Source: Podarcis melisellensis
Lineage: Eukaryota
DNA length: 64,000 bases
NCBI GenBank assembly: GCA_964234715.1
Contig: OZ174291.1
Direction: 5' to 3' (one strand)
Both the position numbers and the translations under genes were made by a program. Each line of letters starts with the position of its first letter. Within the stretch, counting starts at the first letter, position 1. Below are positions 49,456 to 61,667 of the stretch, piece by piece. The notes under the pieces were generated by a model. The model searched no databases. It was not told the origin of the DNA and saw only the letters and a program-made list of their open reading frames with translations.

Positions 49456-50594
49456 CTTTTTCAGTAATAAGAACTGGTGTGGATGTTGGATCCAGTGAGT
49501 GAGTGAAGAACTCCTGAATGGGGGGCCTTTATATACACCTCTGTGAACCCTTCCGCAAGCAATTATGAATCACGCAATGATGACAAGTTCATCTACCACA
49601 CAATCATCTGGTGCGTGATCCTTGACTGTGTCCACATTCTTCCTTTCTGAAGTCAGGTGATGAAGGCTATTCTGCAGTAGTAACACTCTAATTCTCCCTT
49701 CTGTCCAAAGGGGGCACTTATGGGATTGCTTGAAATCAAATATGTTAGGATGAACAGGCATCAGATGGGCTTCTCTCAAAGATCTTATGCCTGGATTGAA
49801 ACCACTGCTAGTCACACTCAGAGCAGGCCCATTAAAGTCCATAGAAATGGCTAACTTAGGTTTGCCTACTCTAAGTAGAACTCAGCTGGATGCAAGCCAA
49901 TTGCTTTTGTATGGTTCAGATGTCAGGTGAAAATTAGGCTGTGGAGCCCAAGTGTTCGTCTAGCAATTATTTTTTACTGTAATGAACATTTGTTAAAGCT
50001 ACATATTAAATAAAAACATGTGCAACTTCTATCATTCACTGTCCTGCTCAGCTCCTTAAAAAATAAAAATAAATAATAAATGGCACATGCTATTGACATC
50101 TGCTCATTGCTGATAAATATGTGTTATGAGGATCAAATTCCAAGACCTGGGAATACAATCGTCAGGTGCTTTGAGCTTGAGGCAGGAAGTACAGTCAGAA
50201 GATCTGGAGAATTTTTCCTGGCTAAAAACACAACAGTGCAGGGTCTCAATGAGAAGCTCTCATTATTTCCGTTCATCATAGCATAATTGTTTTAAAACAA
50301 ATCCCATAAGTGCCCCTTCATCTGGCCTGAGTTTTTCCAGAATGCAGTTTAAATTTTTTCTGTATTTATATAGATAAATAATAGGGGTTGTGAATACAGT
50401 CACAGATCACGCACCAGCTAATAATGTGTGGTGGAGGCCAACGTCAAGGTTTAATGTAGAGCTTCTCATTCATGAGTAGAGCCTCATGGATTGTGGAAGG
50501 GTTCACAGAGCCATATAAAAGGACCACAATCCTGGAGTTCTTCATTCACTCTCTGGATCCAATATCCACACACCAATTCCTATAGTCAACAAAG
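49456..50594. promoter_or_regulatory. Divergent promoter region of pair 5 with both first exons
   Basis: TATATAAA 49528-49535 (-), TATAAAA 50514-50520 (+), donors 49455 (-), 50595 (+). Confidence 0.8.
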
Positions 50595-51511
50595 GTAAGC
50601 TTGTCTCCAAATATTTATTCATTCTTCTTGTTTCCTTCATTGCAGGGAAACGAATATTCTGAGCAGGTACTCCAGTGGCTCTGGTCTTGCAAAATCATTC
50701 TGAACGGAACGCACACAGTCGATATCAGTCTCAAAACTGGATTTTTTTTAGTGTTTCAGATTTCAGCATCTCAACTGGCATATTTTATTTCATAATGCTA
50801 AAGTGTTTTGTATAACTGACTTTTTATAGGTTCGTTGGCATGGTAAAGGCCAAAGTAGATGGTACCATCGAATTATCTCTTCACCATATCTGTTTCATGG
50901 ATTTGCAATTTTTAGTTCTGAGGACTGACCATTTAAGCCGTCTTTGGGCTGTTAACTGGAGTCCTCAGGGCAACCATGAAGTAGTGATTTCCCTGGAGAT
51001 AATAACTTTTTCACATATCATCTGAAGAATATTTCATGCATTTTAGATACATAGATATATATAATAATTGATGTCAGCAGCATAAAAAATGTAACAGATA
51101 GATATAACCAGCCCGTATGCATCCAGCTAAGGTAGAATCTGGATTTCCTCTAGGCTGTTGTTTATTTTATACTTGAGGAAACCTCTGAGATCCCCTTAAC
51201 ACAGAAAGCAAAATAGTCCTGGATTTACAATGAAGGCCGAATCACTATTGAATTCTTGGTTGGAGAAATTGGTCCATTTCAGCATTCATCAGGCAGATGT
51301 TTCTCCCATGCTTTATACAGCAAGCAAAACTTAGTTGAATATAGGGAAATTATTTCAGCTGTGTCACAAGAAGGAGGAAAGGGTGTGAAATAGGCAGCTC
51401 TTAATGCAAAGCACCAGTAAAATGTGTCTTCAACACATCAAACAATGTGGTGCTTAGTTAACTGGTGATCCCTTGATTTCCTGCAGCTCAAGCTTCCTTC
51501 TCTTCCTCAAG

Positions 51512-51706
51512 ATGTCCTGCTGTTGCAAGTGTTGCTGTTCCCCCTGTTGCTGCAAGCAGTGTTGCTGCTCCCCCTGCTGTTGCTGCAAGAAGTGTTGCTG
51601 CTCCCCCTGTTGCTGCAAGCAGTGTTTCTGCTCCCCTTGCTGCTGCTGTTCCCCCTGCTGTGGTTCCGGGTGCTGTGGGTCTTCCTGCTGTGGCTGCAAA
51701 TGCTGA
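51512..51706 (+). CDS. Ultra-Cys-rich EDC protein, subfamily B copy 5, 64 aa (short C-terminus)
   Basis: [16 protein letters not shown]...GSSCCGCKC; acceptor AG 51485-51486; AATAAA 51961. Confidence 0.9.
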   Translation: MSCCCKCCCSPCCCKQCCCSPCCCCKKCCCSPCCCKQCFCSPCCCCSPCCGSGCCGSSCCGCKC

Positions 51707-51999
51707 AGAACCCCAAGGGGAGCTCTGAATGCAAACAGGGAGTCTACAGCATACAGTCCAATGAACAATCCCACCATCAGGAGCTCTGGCGTCAAGGCTG
51801 CTGGTTGACTGCTTGCACTCATCTTCCTGATTCACTCGGCCATTCTCTAACAAGGAAGACATTTGAAATGTGTGTGACTCTCTTTTCCTCGCTCTTTTCT
51901 ATCTCTGCTACATTTCTGAACCTTCTGCTATTGTAGAATCTACCTGCTCTCATGGCAACAAATAAAATGATAAAGCATCTCTTATAGTTTGGTGTATCT

Positions 52000-53340
52000 T
52001 TCCCTTAAATTGGGGTGAGAGGAGACTTCTGGATAACTGTTGAAACTGTCACACTCCCAAGAATATAATTCCCAACAAATTCCTCACATTTCTTCACTAA
52101 TCATTTCATTGCCCAGAAGGTGAAGGAAGCAGCAAGGAGATTATCTATATTGGAACTGGTCCTTACCAACTGGCAGGAATTCATCATTGAATTAGAAGTA
52201 CTGGGGACCTGGGAAGGAACTGATCATGTCTTCTAGGGTTTCATGATACAGAGACATGGGAAATCTGGATGTATTTGAAAATGGGTGAGATCCAATGGTC
52301 AGAAAAACTCAAAGAGAAGGGAATCCAAGAGGGATGGGAGTTTCTTAAAGGCGAAATATTGAAGGAACAAAGACAGAGAATACCAACAAGTTCCATACAA
52401 TTGCAGACTATTCCAACAAGAAAGAAAAGTTGGAGTCCTCTAAAGAAATCAGTGGCTTATAGATGAAATTTCACAAGGGCATATCTGCTAAATGGAGGAA
52501 ATGAGAAATCATGAAGGAAGGGTATACACCAGTAGCCAACAGTTGCAGGATGACGGTCAGGCAAGCAAAAGTTCCAAATGACTTCAGTCTTGCAAGAGGG
52601 AAAGAAATAATAAAAGAGGTTTCTTCAGCTAAGTTTGAAGCAAGAGGAAGAACAAGCAAGCCATATGTCCTCTGGGTGAAGAGGACAAAAAAAAATGCTA
52701 TTGGGCGAAGGAGGTGAAATTGTTCAACCCCTACATTGTCCCTCTCTTCACTTATTATTAAAGCAGAACCTAACCTGGTGACAACAGGATAAAAGGTGCA
52801 AGGAAGAAACTGCAGCCTCAGGTAGGAAAAGAGGTGGCAAAGGAACACCTAGCTACTTTAAATGGATTCAAATTGGCAAGGCCTGATGAGGTGCGCCCAA
52901 GGGTACCAAAGGAGCTTACAGATATTAACCACAGAGCCTCTGTCCATAATTTTTGAGAATCCATGGAGGAAACATGAGGTGCCTGCAGACTGGACAAGGG
53001 CAGATGCTGTTCCCATCTTCAAACAGTTTGTATGTGGGGAGAAGACTCACGTAGCTACAGACTGGTCAGCTTGACATCAATACCAGGAAAGATTATAGCA
53101 CGGATAATTAAACAGTTGGCCTATGAGCACATAGAAAAGGATGCTGTGATTACTAAGACTCAACATGGATTTCTCAAAATATTGTTCATACCAGATGAAT
53201 CTCAATTCTTTTTTTTGATAGATTTACCAGCTTGGTGGATGACAGGGCTGCTGCAGAAATAGTGTACATTGATTTAGCTAAGGCTTTGGACAAAGTCCCC
53301 CATGGCAGTTGTAGTGTTTTGATGATGGGATGGAGATGGA
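52000..53340 (+). mobile_element. Degenerate CR1 ORF2 fragment
   Basis: PLSIIFENPW...VPADW.RA..VPIFK and YRLVSLTSIPGKII motifs; followed by (ATAGAATC)n CR1-type tail ~53360-53400. Confidence 0.85.
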
Positions 53341-55241
53341 GAACCTGCCACCAGAAATTCATAGAATAATAGAATCATAGAATTGGAGGAATCATAGAAT
53401 TGGGAGGAAACCCCAAAGGGCATTTAGGAAGGAAGGATTGTAGCTCTGTGATAGAGCATCTATTTTGCATGCAGAAAAGTCTAAGTTCATCTCCGGAGAG
53501 CTGATGCCAGTCAGTGTCCATCTTATAATGAAATGCCTTCATGCAAAATGGGTAAATTATTGGAATTTTGAGAGTATTTTGTTTGCTTGTTAAATAATTG
53601 AAGGATGGAGGGATATTGAGGCTGATTTGAACTAGTAGCCATTTGAGTCTACTTATCCTCAGCCTACCAGATAAATTCCCAGCCTCCTATCAGTTGGGGT
53701 AGTGTACGATCATGTGTGTATTTGTGTGTGTTTTACCTTTCATTGTCTAAAAGCTGACTGCTGGAATATCTCAGAGAAGAAGAAGGTCTTCATGCAGTGC
53801 ATAGCTAAAACAATGAAAGGTGCTCCCACGGGAGGCTGTGTTGACCACCAACCTAGATGGCTTTAAAGCAGGAGTTGACATATTCATGGAGGCGGAATTT
53901 CCCAGAGCTATGAACCACAATGGCTGTGCAATGTCTCCAAGTTTTAGGCAGTAATGGTTCTTAATACCAGTTGCTGGAAACCACAGTGCTCTTGTGTTTG
54001 TGTTCTGATTGTGTGCCATAGGCCAGGGGTGGCCAGCTCCCAAGAGACTGTGATCTACACACAGAGTAAAAAAGTGGCAGTGGGGTTGAGGTCAAAGTTG
54101 TTGAGTTTTTTAAGGGAGAAGGTAAAATGTTGAGCTTTTTTTAGGGGAGCCACAGTTGTTCAGAGTCTTTTGGGGGAGCCAGTGATCTACCACAGATATC
54201 CAGTGATCTACTGGTAGATTATGATCTACCTGTTGGACATGCCTGCTATAGGCATCTGGCTCGCCATTGTGAGGACAGGATGCAAGACCAGACAGGCCAT
54301 TGATTAGATTGAGCAAGCTCTTCTTAGAATCATGGAATCTTAGAGTTAGAAGGGAGCCAAGGGTCACCATGTCCAACCCCATGTTTGTATGTTCTTAAAT
54401 TACCTGGAACACAGTCATAAGGACAGAAGTAGACCGCTCCAAATGACCCCTCCAGAAGAATAGACCAACTAGTTTCTTCCACTACCAAACAGTTTCCTAC
54501 AGTGACTCCATTGAGATGTCTTCAGGAAGAATGCAAGCACAGGTTGGAAGTGAGCAACACTGCTGCTCAAGACTTTCCTAACTGCAGATGTCAGTGGTTG
54601 AACCTTACAGAACAGTTGCTCTGCTATTGCTTCTATACCATATATGTGAATGGTCCAATGATATGGTTGGTCCACCTACCCCAGAATCATCTACCTGCAT
54701 CATCTTGGAGTAGTCCTTCAATAACTCAAGCAGCAGTGCATTTTCCCCAACCCCCCTGGATCATTCAATGCCATAGATTGGGGTAGGGTATGGTGTACAT
54801 TGAAAGTAGTGCTGCTCACACACATTGAGCCTCCCCTCAATTCAATTTAAGGTGAAGATAAAAAAAGACTTTAGGAGATTGTTTGCCATTTTATTAGTTG
54901 TCATGCAAGCAGGTACATTGTACAATAAAAGAAGAATTAGAAATGTAGAAGAGAGAGAAAGAGAAAGAGTCACACACATTGAGAGAGTCATGATGACACC
55001 ATGGGAAATGCCTCGTTAGAGATGGCTCCTAGGAGAACATCCAGGTGAGTCAAAGAGTGCAGAACTAAAAGAGGAGAAGAAGACACAACTTGAGGATTAA
55101 ACACATTCCAGAGAGATATATAGTCTGAATGTGAGGAATCAAGCAGTAGCCCTTGCAGTCAGTACTCATGGTGGTGGGATTATTCAATGGACTATCAATT
55201 GTAGATTCCCTGTAAACATTGAGAGCTTCCCTTGGGGTTCT

Positions 55242-55469
55242 TCAACATTTGCCTTGCTTAGGATAGCAGCATTTGCAGCCACAGCAGGAAGAGCCACAGC
55301 ACCCGGAACCACAGCAGGGGGAAGAGCAGCAGCAGGGGGAAGAGCAGCATTGCTTGCAACAACAGGGGGAGGAACAACACTGCTTGCAACAGCTGCAGCC
55401 ACAGCAGGGGGAGCAGCAGCACTGCTTGCAGCAGCAAGGGGAGCAGCCCCACTGGCAACAGCAGGACAT
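55242..55469 (-). CDS. Ultra-Cys-rich EDC protein, subfamily B copy 6, 75 aa
   Basis: MSCCCQWGC...CCYPKQGKC; donor 56326-56327, TATATAAA 56404-56411. Confidence 0.9.
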   Translation of the reverse strand: MSCCCQWGCSPCCCKQCCCSPCCGCSCCKQCCSSPCCCKQCCSSPCCCSSPCCGSGCCGSSCCGCKCCYPKQGKC

Positions 55470-56327
55470 CTTGAGGAAGAGAAGGAAGCTTGAGCTGCAG
55501 GAAATCAAGGGATCACCAGTTAACTAAGTGCTACATCGTCTGATGTGTTAAAGACATATTTTACTTTTCATTAATCACTGCATATTTCACATACCTTTTC
55601 TCCTACTCGTTAGGGAGCTGAAATTATTTGCCTATATTACACAAAGATTTGTGTGTCATATAAAATATGGGAGAAATGTCTGTCTGTTGAGTGCACCTTC
55701 AGACTAAATCCTAGCCATTTCCCACTTTATCTAAAAAGAAACTCAGATTTGTCCCCCCATTACAAAAGCAATTGGCCCTACAAACAATCTTGATTCTCTC
55801 ACAGCTCAATACATGTGACGTGCCCTGGTTATTTGCAGGTGTCACCTTTTTATGTTGTAGGTATCAGTAATTTTGATGTATACTTGAAATATATCATGGG
55901 AGGAATATTCCTCCTCAGTTGATACGAGAAGAAATTTATATCTCTAGGGAAGTCATTACTATAATAAGGACTCCCTTCAGCAGCCCAAAGGCAGGGGAAC
56001 TGGTCAGTCCTCAAAACTACAACTTATGAAAATGTAGCATCCATCACACAGATTTGTTGAAGAGATAAATAGATGATCCGATCAAGTAAAACCCAAAGAA
56101 CCTGCAAGGAGTCTGTTATTTAAAACAGCATGGATCTATGTATTAAAATATGCCGGTTGAGATGCTGAAATCTGAAATGCTAACAGAATCCAAATTGGGA
56201 GAGTGTTGGCCCCTCTGTTCATTTGATTCAGATGCATTTCACAAGACCAGAGTCACTGGCCTCCCTCAAACCTTCAGCTCCCCTGCAATAAATAGGAAGA
56301 ATGCATAAATATTGGAAATGAGCTTAC

Positions 56328-57575
56328 CTTTGTTCAGTATAGGAGGTGCTGTGTGGATATTGGATCCAGTGTGTTGATGAAGTATTCCAAGAATGTGGAT
56401 CTTTTTATATACCTCTGTCAACCCTTCACAATCCATGATGCACAACTGAAGAATTAAATGGTCTGCATTAAACCTTGATGCTGCCCCACACCGTCATCTG
56501 GGGCATGACCTCTGACTGTATTCACAACCCCCCTTTTTAAAAGTATATGATTAAAACTGTATTCTGGAAACACTGTAATTCTCAGCCCTGATTAAAGGGG
56601 CAGTTATGGGACTGTTTTTAAAAACAATTATGCTGAGATGAATGGGTGCCATGGGAGTTTCTCATCGTGATCCAACACCTTCTTTTACCAGGAAATACCG
56701 TCGGATCTTCTGACTCTACCTCCCTCCCCAAGCTCAAAGGATCTGACGTTTGGATCCATGGGACGTTATTTGATCCTCATAACACATATTTATCAGCAAT
56801 GAGCAAACAGGAATAGCATTTCCCATCGTTTTGTGGCTGTTTGGTTAGCTTAGCAGGAGGGTGAACAATAGCAGTCCCATTTTTAAAAATTTTATATGTG
56901 GCTTTCACATATGTTTACTACAGCAAAAAATAAGTGCTAGATTACTGCAGTACATTTGGGTTACCTCTGATGCCTGTCTTCCAGGATTCTGTCACACAGA
57001 AAGCATATCACAGCCTAATTTGCACCAGACATCTGAGCCATGCAAAAGTAATTGGCATGTATCCAGAAGTTCGACTTAGAGTAGTAGCGCTGAAATGAAT
57101 AAACCAAAGTCAGCCATGTCTATGAACTTTAATGGGCCTGCCCTGAGTACATGTTGCATGCTGTACACAGAAAGAATGTCCTAAAGGTTGTGTCCATGGG
57201 TCAACAATCAAAAAGTAACACCCTATTGCATCAGATCTCAGAGAGAAACACATATGATGCCTGTTCATCTGAACATAATTGATTTGAAGCAATTCCATAA
57301 GTGCCCCCTTTGGACAGAACTGGGAATTACAGTGTTGCAACTGCAGAATAACTTTAATCACCTGCCTTTAAAATGGACGGATGTGGACAGAGTCAAGAAT
57401 CATGTACCTGATGATTGTGTGGTAGAGGACTTTTAATAAAGACCTCATCATCATTGAGTCGTGCATAATTGCTTGTGGAAGGATTCACAGAGGTGTATAT
57501 AAAGGCCCACCATTCAGGAGTTCTTCACTCACTCACTGGATCCAACATCCACACCAAATTTTATTGCTGAAAAGG
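56328..57575. promoter_or_regulatory. Divergent promoter region of pair 6 with both first exons
   Basis: TATATAAA 56404-56411 (-) and 57496-57503 (+), donors 56327 (-), 57576 (+). Confidence 0.8.
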
Positions 57576-58253
57576 GTATGTTCTGTCTTCATTCTTTTGG
57601 TTCCTTTGATTTCAGGAGACCTTCAGGTCTTGAGGATGTAGTCTAACAGCTCCAGTTTTGCAATGAAACTGGTTCACTATATTTCTTATTCTTGGTGAAC
57701 AATCTTGTTTTGCTGCCTCATGGGAGTTGTGCATGGAGAAAAGCGTACTAATTAGATGCTAATTCTAATTCAAAACCTTCTTATCTCTTCAGTGCAAGGG
57801 ATTGAAGATCTCATCCAGGTCTCTTGCAAATGCCATTTGTTACAAGACATATCATTATTCATTCAAAGAGAAGTTGGGATGTTGCCTTTAGGCCTGAATA
57901 CTTTCAGCACTGTAGGACTAAAACTTTTGCCTAGTATTGTGTTGCACAAGATCTAAGGTAGTCTTTTTTCTGCCAAGCATGTCATGTATTGCATAATAGG
58001 ATGTTGGCTCAAACAGAATTCTCTCAAGATATCTTAGCCTGACTTCCAGTGAGTTCCCAAGGGAGATTTAGAACAGGCCAGTTTATGCATTCCTTTCCTT
58101 GATGCAATGTGTAGCATTCTTTAATCATACATTTCATGTTGGTCTTAAGCTTTAATGTTTGTACATCTAAGGTGTACTTAATATTGTGTTGTGTTTATTT
58201 AATGAGAAATCCCTTGAATCCTTTCAGCTCCGCCTTCCCTCTCCACCGCTAAG

Positions 58254-58463
58254 ATGTCCTGCTGCTCCAATTGTTGCTGCTCTCCCTCCTGCTGCAAGTG
58301 CTGCTGCTGCCCCTGCTGCTGCTGCTGTCCTTGCTGTTGCTGCACTCCTTGCTGCTGCTGCTCTTCCCCCTGCTGCTGCAACTCTTGCGGCTGTGGTTCC
58401 TGTGGTTGTGGCTGTTGTGGCTGTGGTTCCTGTTGCTGCTATCCTAAGCAAGGCTGCTGCTGA
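58254..58463 (+). CDS. Ultra-Cys-rich EDC protein, subfamily A copy 6, 69 aa
   Basis: 39/69 Cys; acceptor AG ~58226-58227; AATAAA ~58710. Confidence 0.9.
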   Translation: MSCCSNCCCSPSCCKCCCCPCCCCCPCCCCTPCCCCSSPCCCNSCGCGSCGCGCCGCGSCCCYPKQGCC

Positions 58464-59499
58464 AGAAGTTCAGTGAAGGGTTGAGAGCTGCTGCTTCCAC
58501 CGTGCTGGTGGACTCCTTTGATTCATCTCTTCCTGTGCCTTAAGTTCAACCCTTCTTTCTTCTCATCTCCTTCTTACTTTGCTTTGTTTTCCTTCAAGGA
58601 GGCATGCTAGTTGTCTTCTCTTTATCATCATGGTGGTCCTGGGGGTCATTCTCTTTTCATCTCTTTGAATAACTCCTCTATGGGGGAGAAATATGTTCAT
58701 ACAGCAGTTAATAAAGATTCTAAAGCACAGTAGAGTGTTCTTGTGTTCCTTTGCCTTGAGATGGGAAATGCGTCATAGATCCTACATAAGTCATCTGCTT
58801 GGCAAGCATCTCCAGCTGAAGGGCTGTTTGCCTACAAAGGATCAGAAGCTGAGTTCTTGAGGAGCACATCTCCATCTCTCACACATTATTGGGAAGGGGG
58901 CCATATCTCACTGGAAGGGCACATGCATGACACACATAACATCCCAGGTTCACTAGCTATTATCTCTCCTTGAATTAATGGGTCTAGTGAACACAAGGAA
59001 GAGCAAGGTCCTTTGTCTGAGATCTCGGACAGATGCCCATCAAAGGCACCTGTCTGGTATGTAACAGCAGAGAATTCTAAAAATAGGTGCTGCCTCCACA
59101 AAACCTGATTTAATCAGTGTGTGGTAGGGATTTCCTGATAGGTGCTATCTGCAGGAGGCACTGTCTCATAGGAGCCAACTCCTATGAAGCCCCCCCCAAG
59201 AAAATATTTTAGGGGGCTGGGCTCCCCCAAGTTGAGGGGCATTGCCATTCAAATGGTGTGTGTGCATTCATGTGGGTTGGGGCATATCTAGGCCTCCACA
59301 ATATTTTATTCAAGTTGGCATCCCTGATCTTCCTCCTGCAAACCACATTGATTGGATGACTATGAAAGGGAAGAGGTGATAATTTAAACTGCATCCTATT
59401 GAGTTCTACTTGTGGATCCAGCCTAATATATTTTGATAATGTTGATGAAAGCAACTGTTTCGACCACCCCATCTCCTTTAAGATCTCTTCTCAAATTCC

Positions 59500-60590
59500 T
59501 CCATTGCTTCGCTGATCGTTTCATTGCCCAGAAGGTGAAGGAAGGAACCAGACAATCATCCATATTGGAACTGGTCATCACCAATAGGCAGGAATTGATC
59601 TTTGAATTGGAAGTACTGGGGACCTTGGAAGGATCATGCCCTCTTGGGTTTCATGATACACAGACAAGGGAAATCTGGATGTATTTGGAGATGCACTTTG
59701 GCTTTAAGAGGGCTGATTTCAAAAAGCTTAAGTAATTGTTGGGTAAGATCCCATGGTAAGAAAAACTCAAAGAGAAGGGAGTCCAGGAGGGATGGGAGCT
59801 TCTTCAAGGTGAAATCCTGAAGCCAGAAATGCAGACAATACCAAAAAGAAAGAAAAGTTGGAGGCATCTAAAGAAACCAGTGTGGATGTCTAAGTGTAAA
59901 CAGAAGAGCTAGGATTCCAGAAGGGCATGTGTGCTAAATGGAAGAAAGGGGGAATTATAACAGAAGGGTATACACAAGTAGTGAGCAGTTGCAAGATAAA
60001 GGTCACGCAGGCTGAAGCTCAGAATCTTATTAGAGAGTTTAAGAATTATAAAAGAGGCTTCTTTGACTGTGTTTGAAGAAGAGGAAGGAAAAGCAAGTAG
60101 TAGTTCCTGTGCATGGATAAGATGAAGAAAGCTATGGAAAGCAGAACTGCTCAACACCTACGTTGCTCTCCTCCCCACCTAAAATTAAAGCTGTACTTAA
60201 CCTGCAAGCATGATAAATGGAGCAAAGAGGGAGCTGCAGCCTCAGTTAGGAAAAGTGGTGGCAAGGGAACACTACTTGAAATGGATTCAAAATGGCAAGG
60301 CCTGATGAGCTGTGCCCAAGGTACTGAAGGAGCTTGCAGATATAACCGCAAAGCCTTTGTCCATAATTTTTGAGAATTCTTGAAGAGAATATGAGGTCCC
60401 TGCAGCCTGGAGAAGGGCAGATGCTGTTCCCATCTTCAAAAGGGGGGTGGGAGAGGAGGGAAGAAGACCCAGAAAACTACTGACTGGTCAGCTTGAGAGC
60501 AATACCAGGAAAAATCCTAGAAAAGTCCTATTTAACATATAATTAAATAGTCGGACTGTGAACACTTAGGAAAGCATTCTTTGATTAATC
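59500..60590 (+). mobile_element. Degenerate CR1 ORF2 fragment
   Basis: F.AQKVKE.TR....LEL..TN, RADFKKL and CTGGTCAGCTTGA..CAATACCAGGAAA motifs. Confidence 0.75.
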
Positions 60591-60704
60591 GAGTCCTCCT
60601 CACAGAGGGCACGTGTTGTGGTGAGATCATAAGGACTGACCTCACTGTTTCTGTGGCTGGGAGTGATTGGATAGCCACAACAACCTGACTGGTGGTCTCT
60701 CATT

Positions 60705-61110
60705 AACCGTCAAGGTTTAATGTAGAGCTTCTCATTCATGATTCGTGCCTCATGGATTGCGGAAGGGTTCGCTGAGACCTATAAAAGGACCACAATCCTG
60801 GAGTTCTTCATTCCATTCACCCTCTGGATCCAATATCCACACACCAATTCCTATAGTCAACAAAGGTAAGCTTGTTTCCAAACATTTAATCATTCTTCTT
60901 GTTGTCTTCATTGCAGGGAAATGAGAATTCTGAGCAGGTACTCCAGTGGCTCTGGTCTTGCAAAATCATTCTGAACGAAACGTGCACTGGAGCTAACAGT
61001 CTCAAAACTGGATTTTTTTAGTGTTCCAGATTTCAGCATCTCAACTGGCATATTTTATTTCATAAAGCTAAAGTGTTTTCTATAACTGACTTTTTATAGG
61101 TTCGTTGGCA
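60705..61110 (+). pseudogene. Orphan B-type promoter, exon 1 and intron start with no coding exon
   Basis: TATAAAA 60780-60786, intact donor AAG|GTAAG 60866, homology to 50440-50840 stops at ~61110 where a SINE/Gypsy segment begins. Confidence 0.8.
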
Positions 61111-61667
61111 GCTACTGGGTGGCCTTGGGCTAGTCACACTTCTTTGAAGTCTCTCAGCCCCACTCACCTCACAGAGTGTTTGTTGTGGGGAGGAAGGGAA
61201 AGGAGAATGTTAGCCGCTTTGAGACTCCTTCAGGTAGTGATAAAGCGGGATATCAAATCCAAACTCCTCCTCCTCTTCTTCTACTAGGCTAATGAGGAAT
61301 GACACCCTGTCCTTACCATCGTGGAATTCAGCCCCTTGGAGGCTTAGGAAATACAAGCAGGCTATTTTGAAGGCCACATCTCTGAAGGCTTTCCTGAAAA
61401 TCAGGGCGGGGGGTATGAGGCTCTTGGACGTCTGCCTCCCATATACCTCTCTCAGCTGCCTGGACTAGCCCCTCGCACTCCTTCCAACCTGGTTAGTGGC
61501 AGTTTCAACTCCTGATTTTGCTGCCAAAGTACCTGATAAGGATCTGCAGGCGGGTTCTTTCTTTCGATTGCACCCGCCTGCACAGCCGTGGGGAGCTGTA
61601 GTTGTTCTTCCATTATCGGCTCTTTCCACAGCCAACTAAGGCAAAGAACTTAGAGAAGGGTCATTCT

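Larger units (their letters stand above)
45975..58937 (-). repeat. Right arm of large inverted segmental duplication (partner ~14853-29772)
   Basis: Reverse-complement collinearity; pair 6 mirrors pair 1, pair 5 mirrors pair 2. Confidence 0.85.

Noticed and set aside
15330-58476. Poly-Gln and poly-Ala ORFs over each small Cys gene (involucrin-like or CAG-expansion-like)
   Set aside because: Reverse-complement or shifted frames of (TGC)n codons, with no promoter or splice support on that strand
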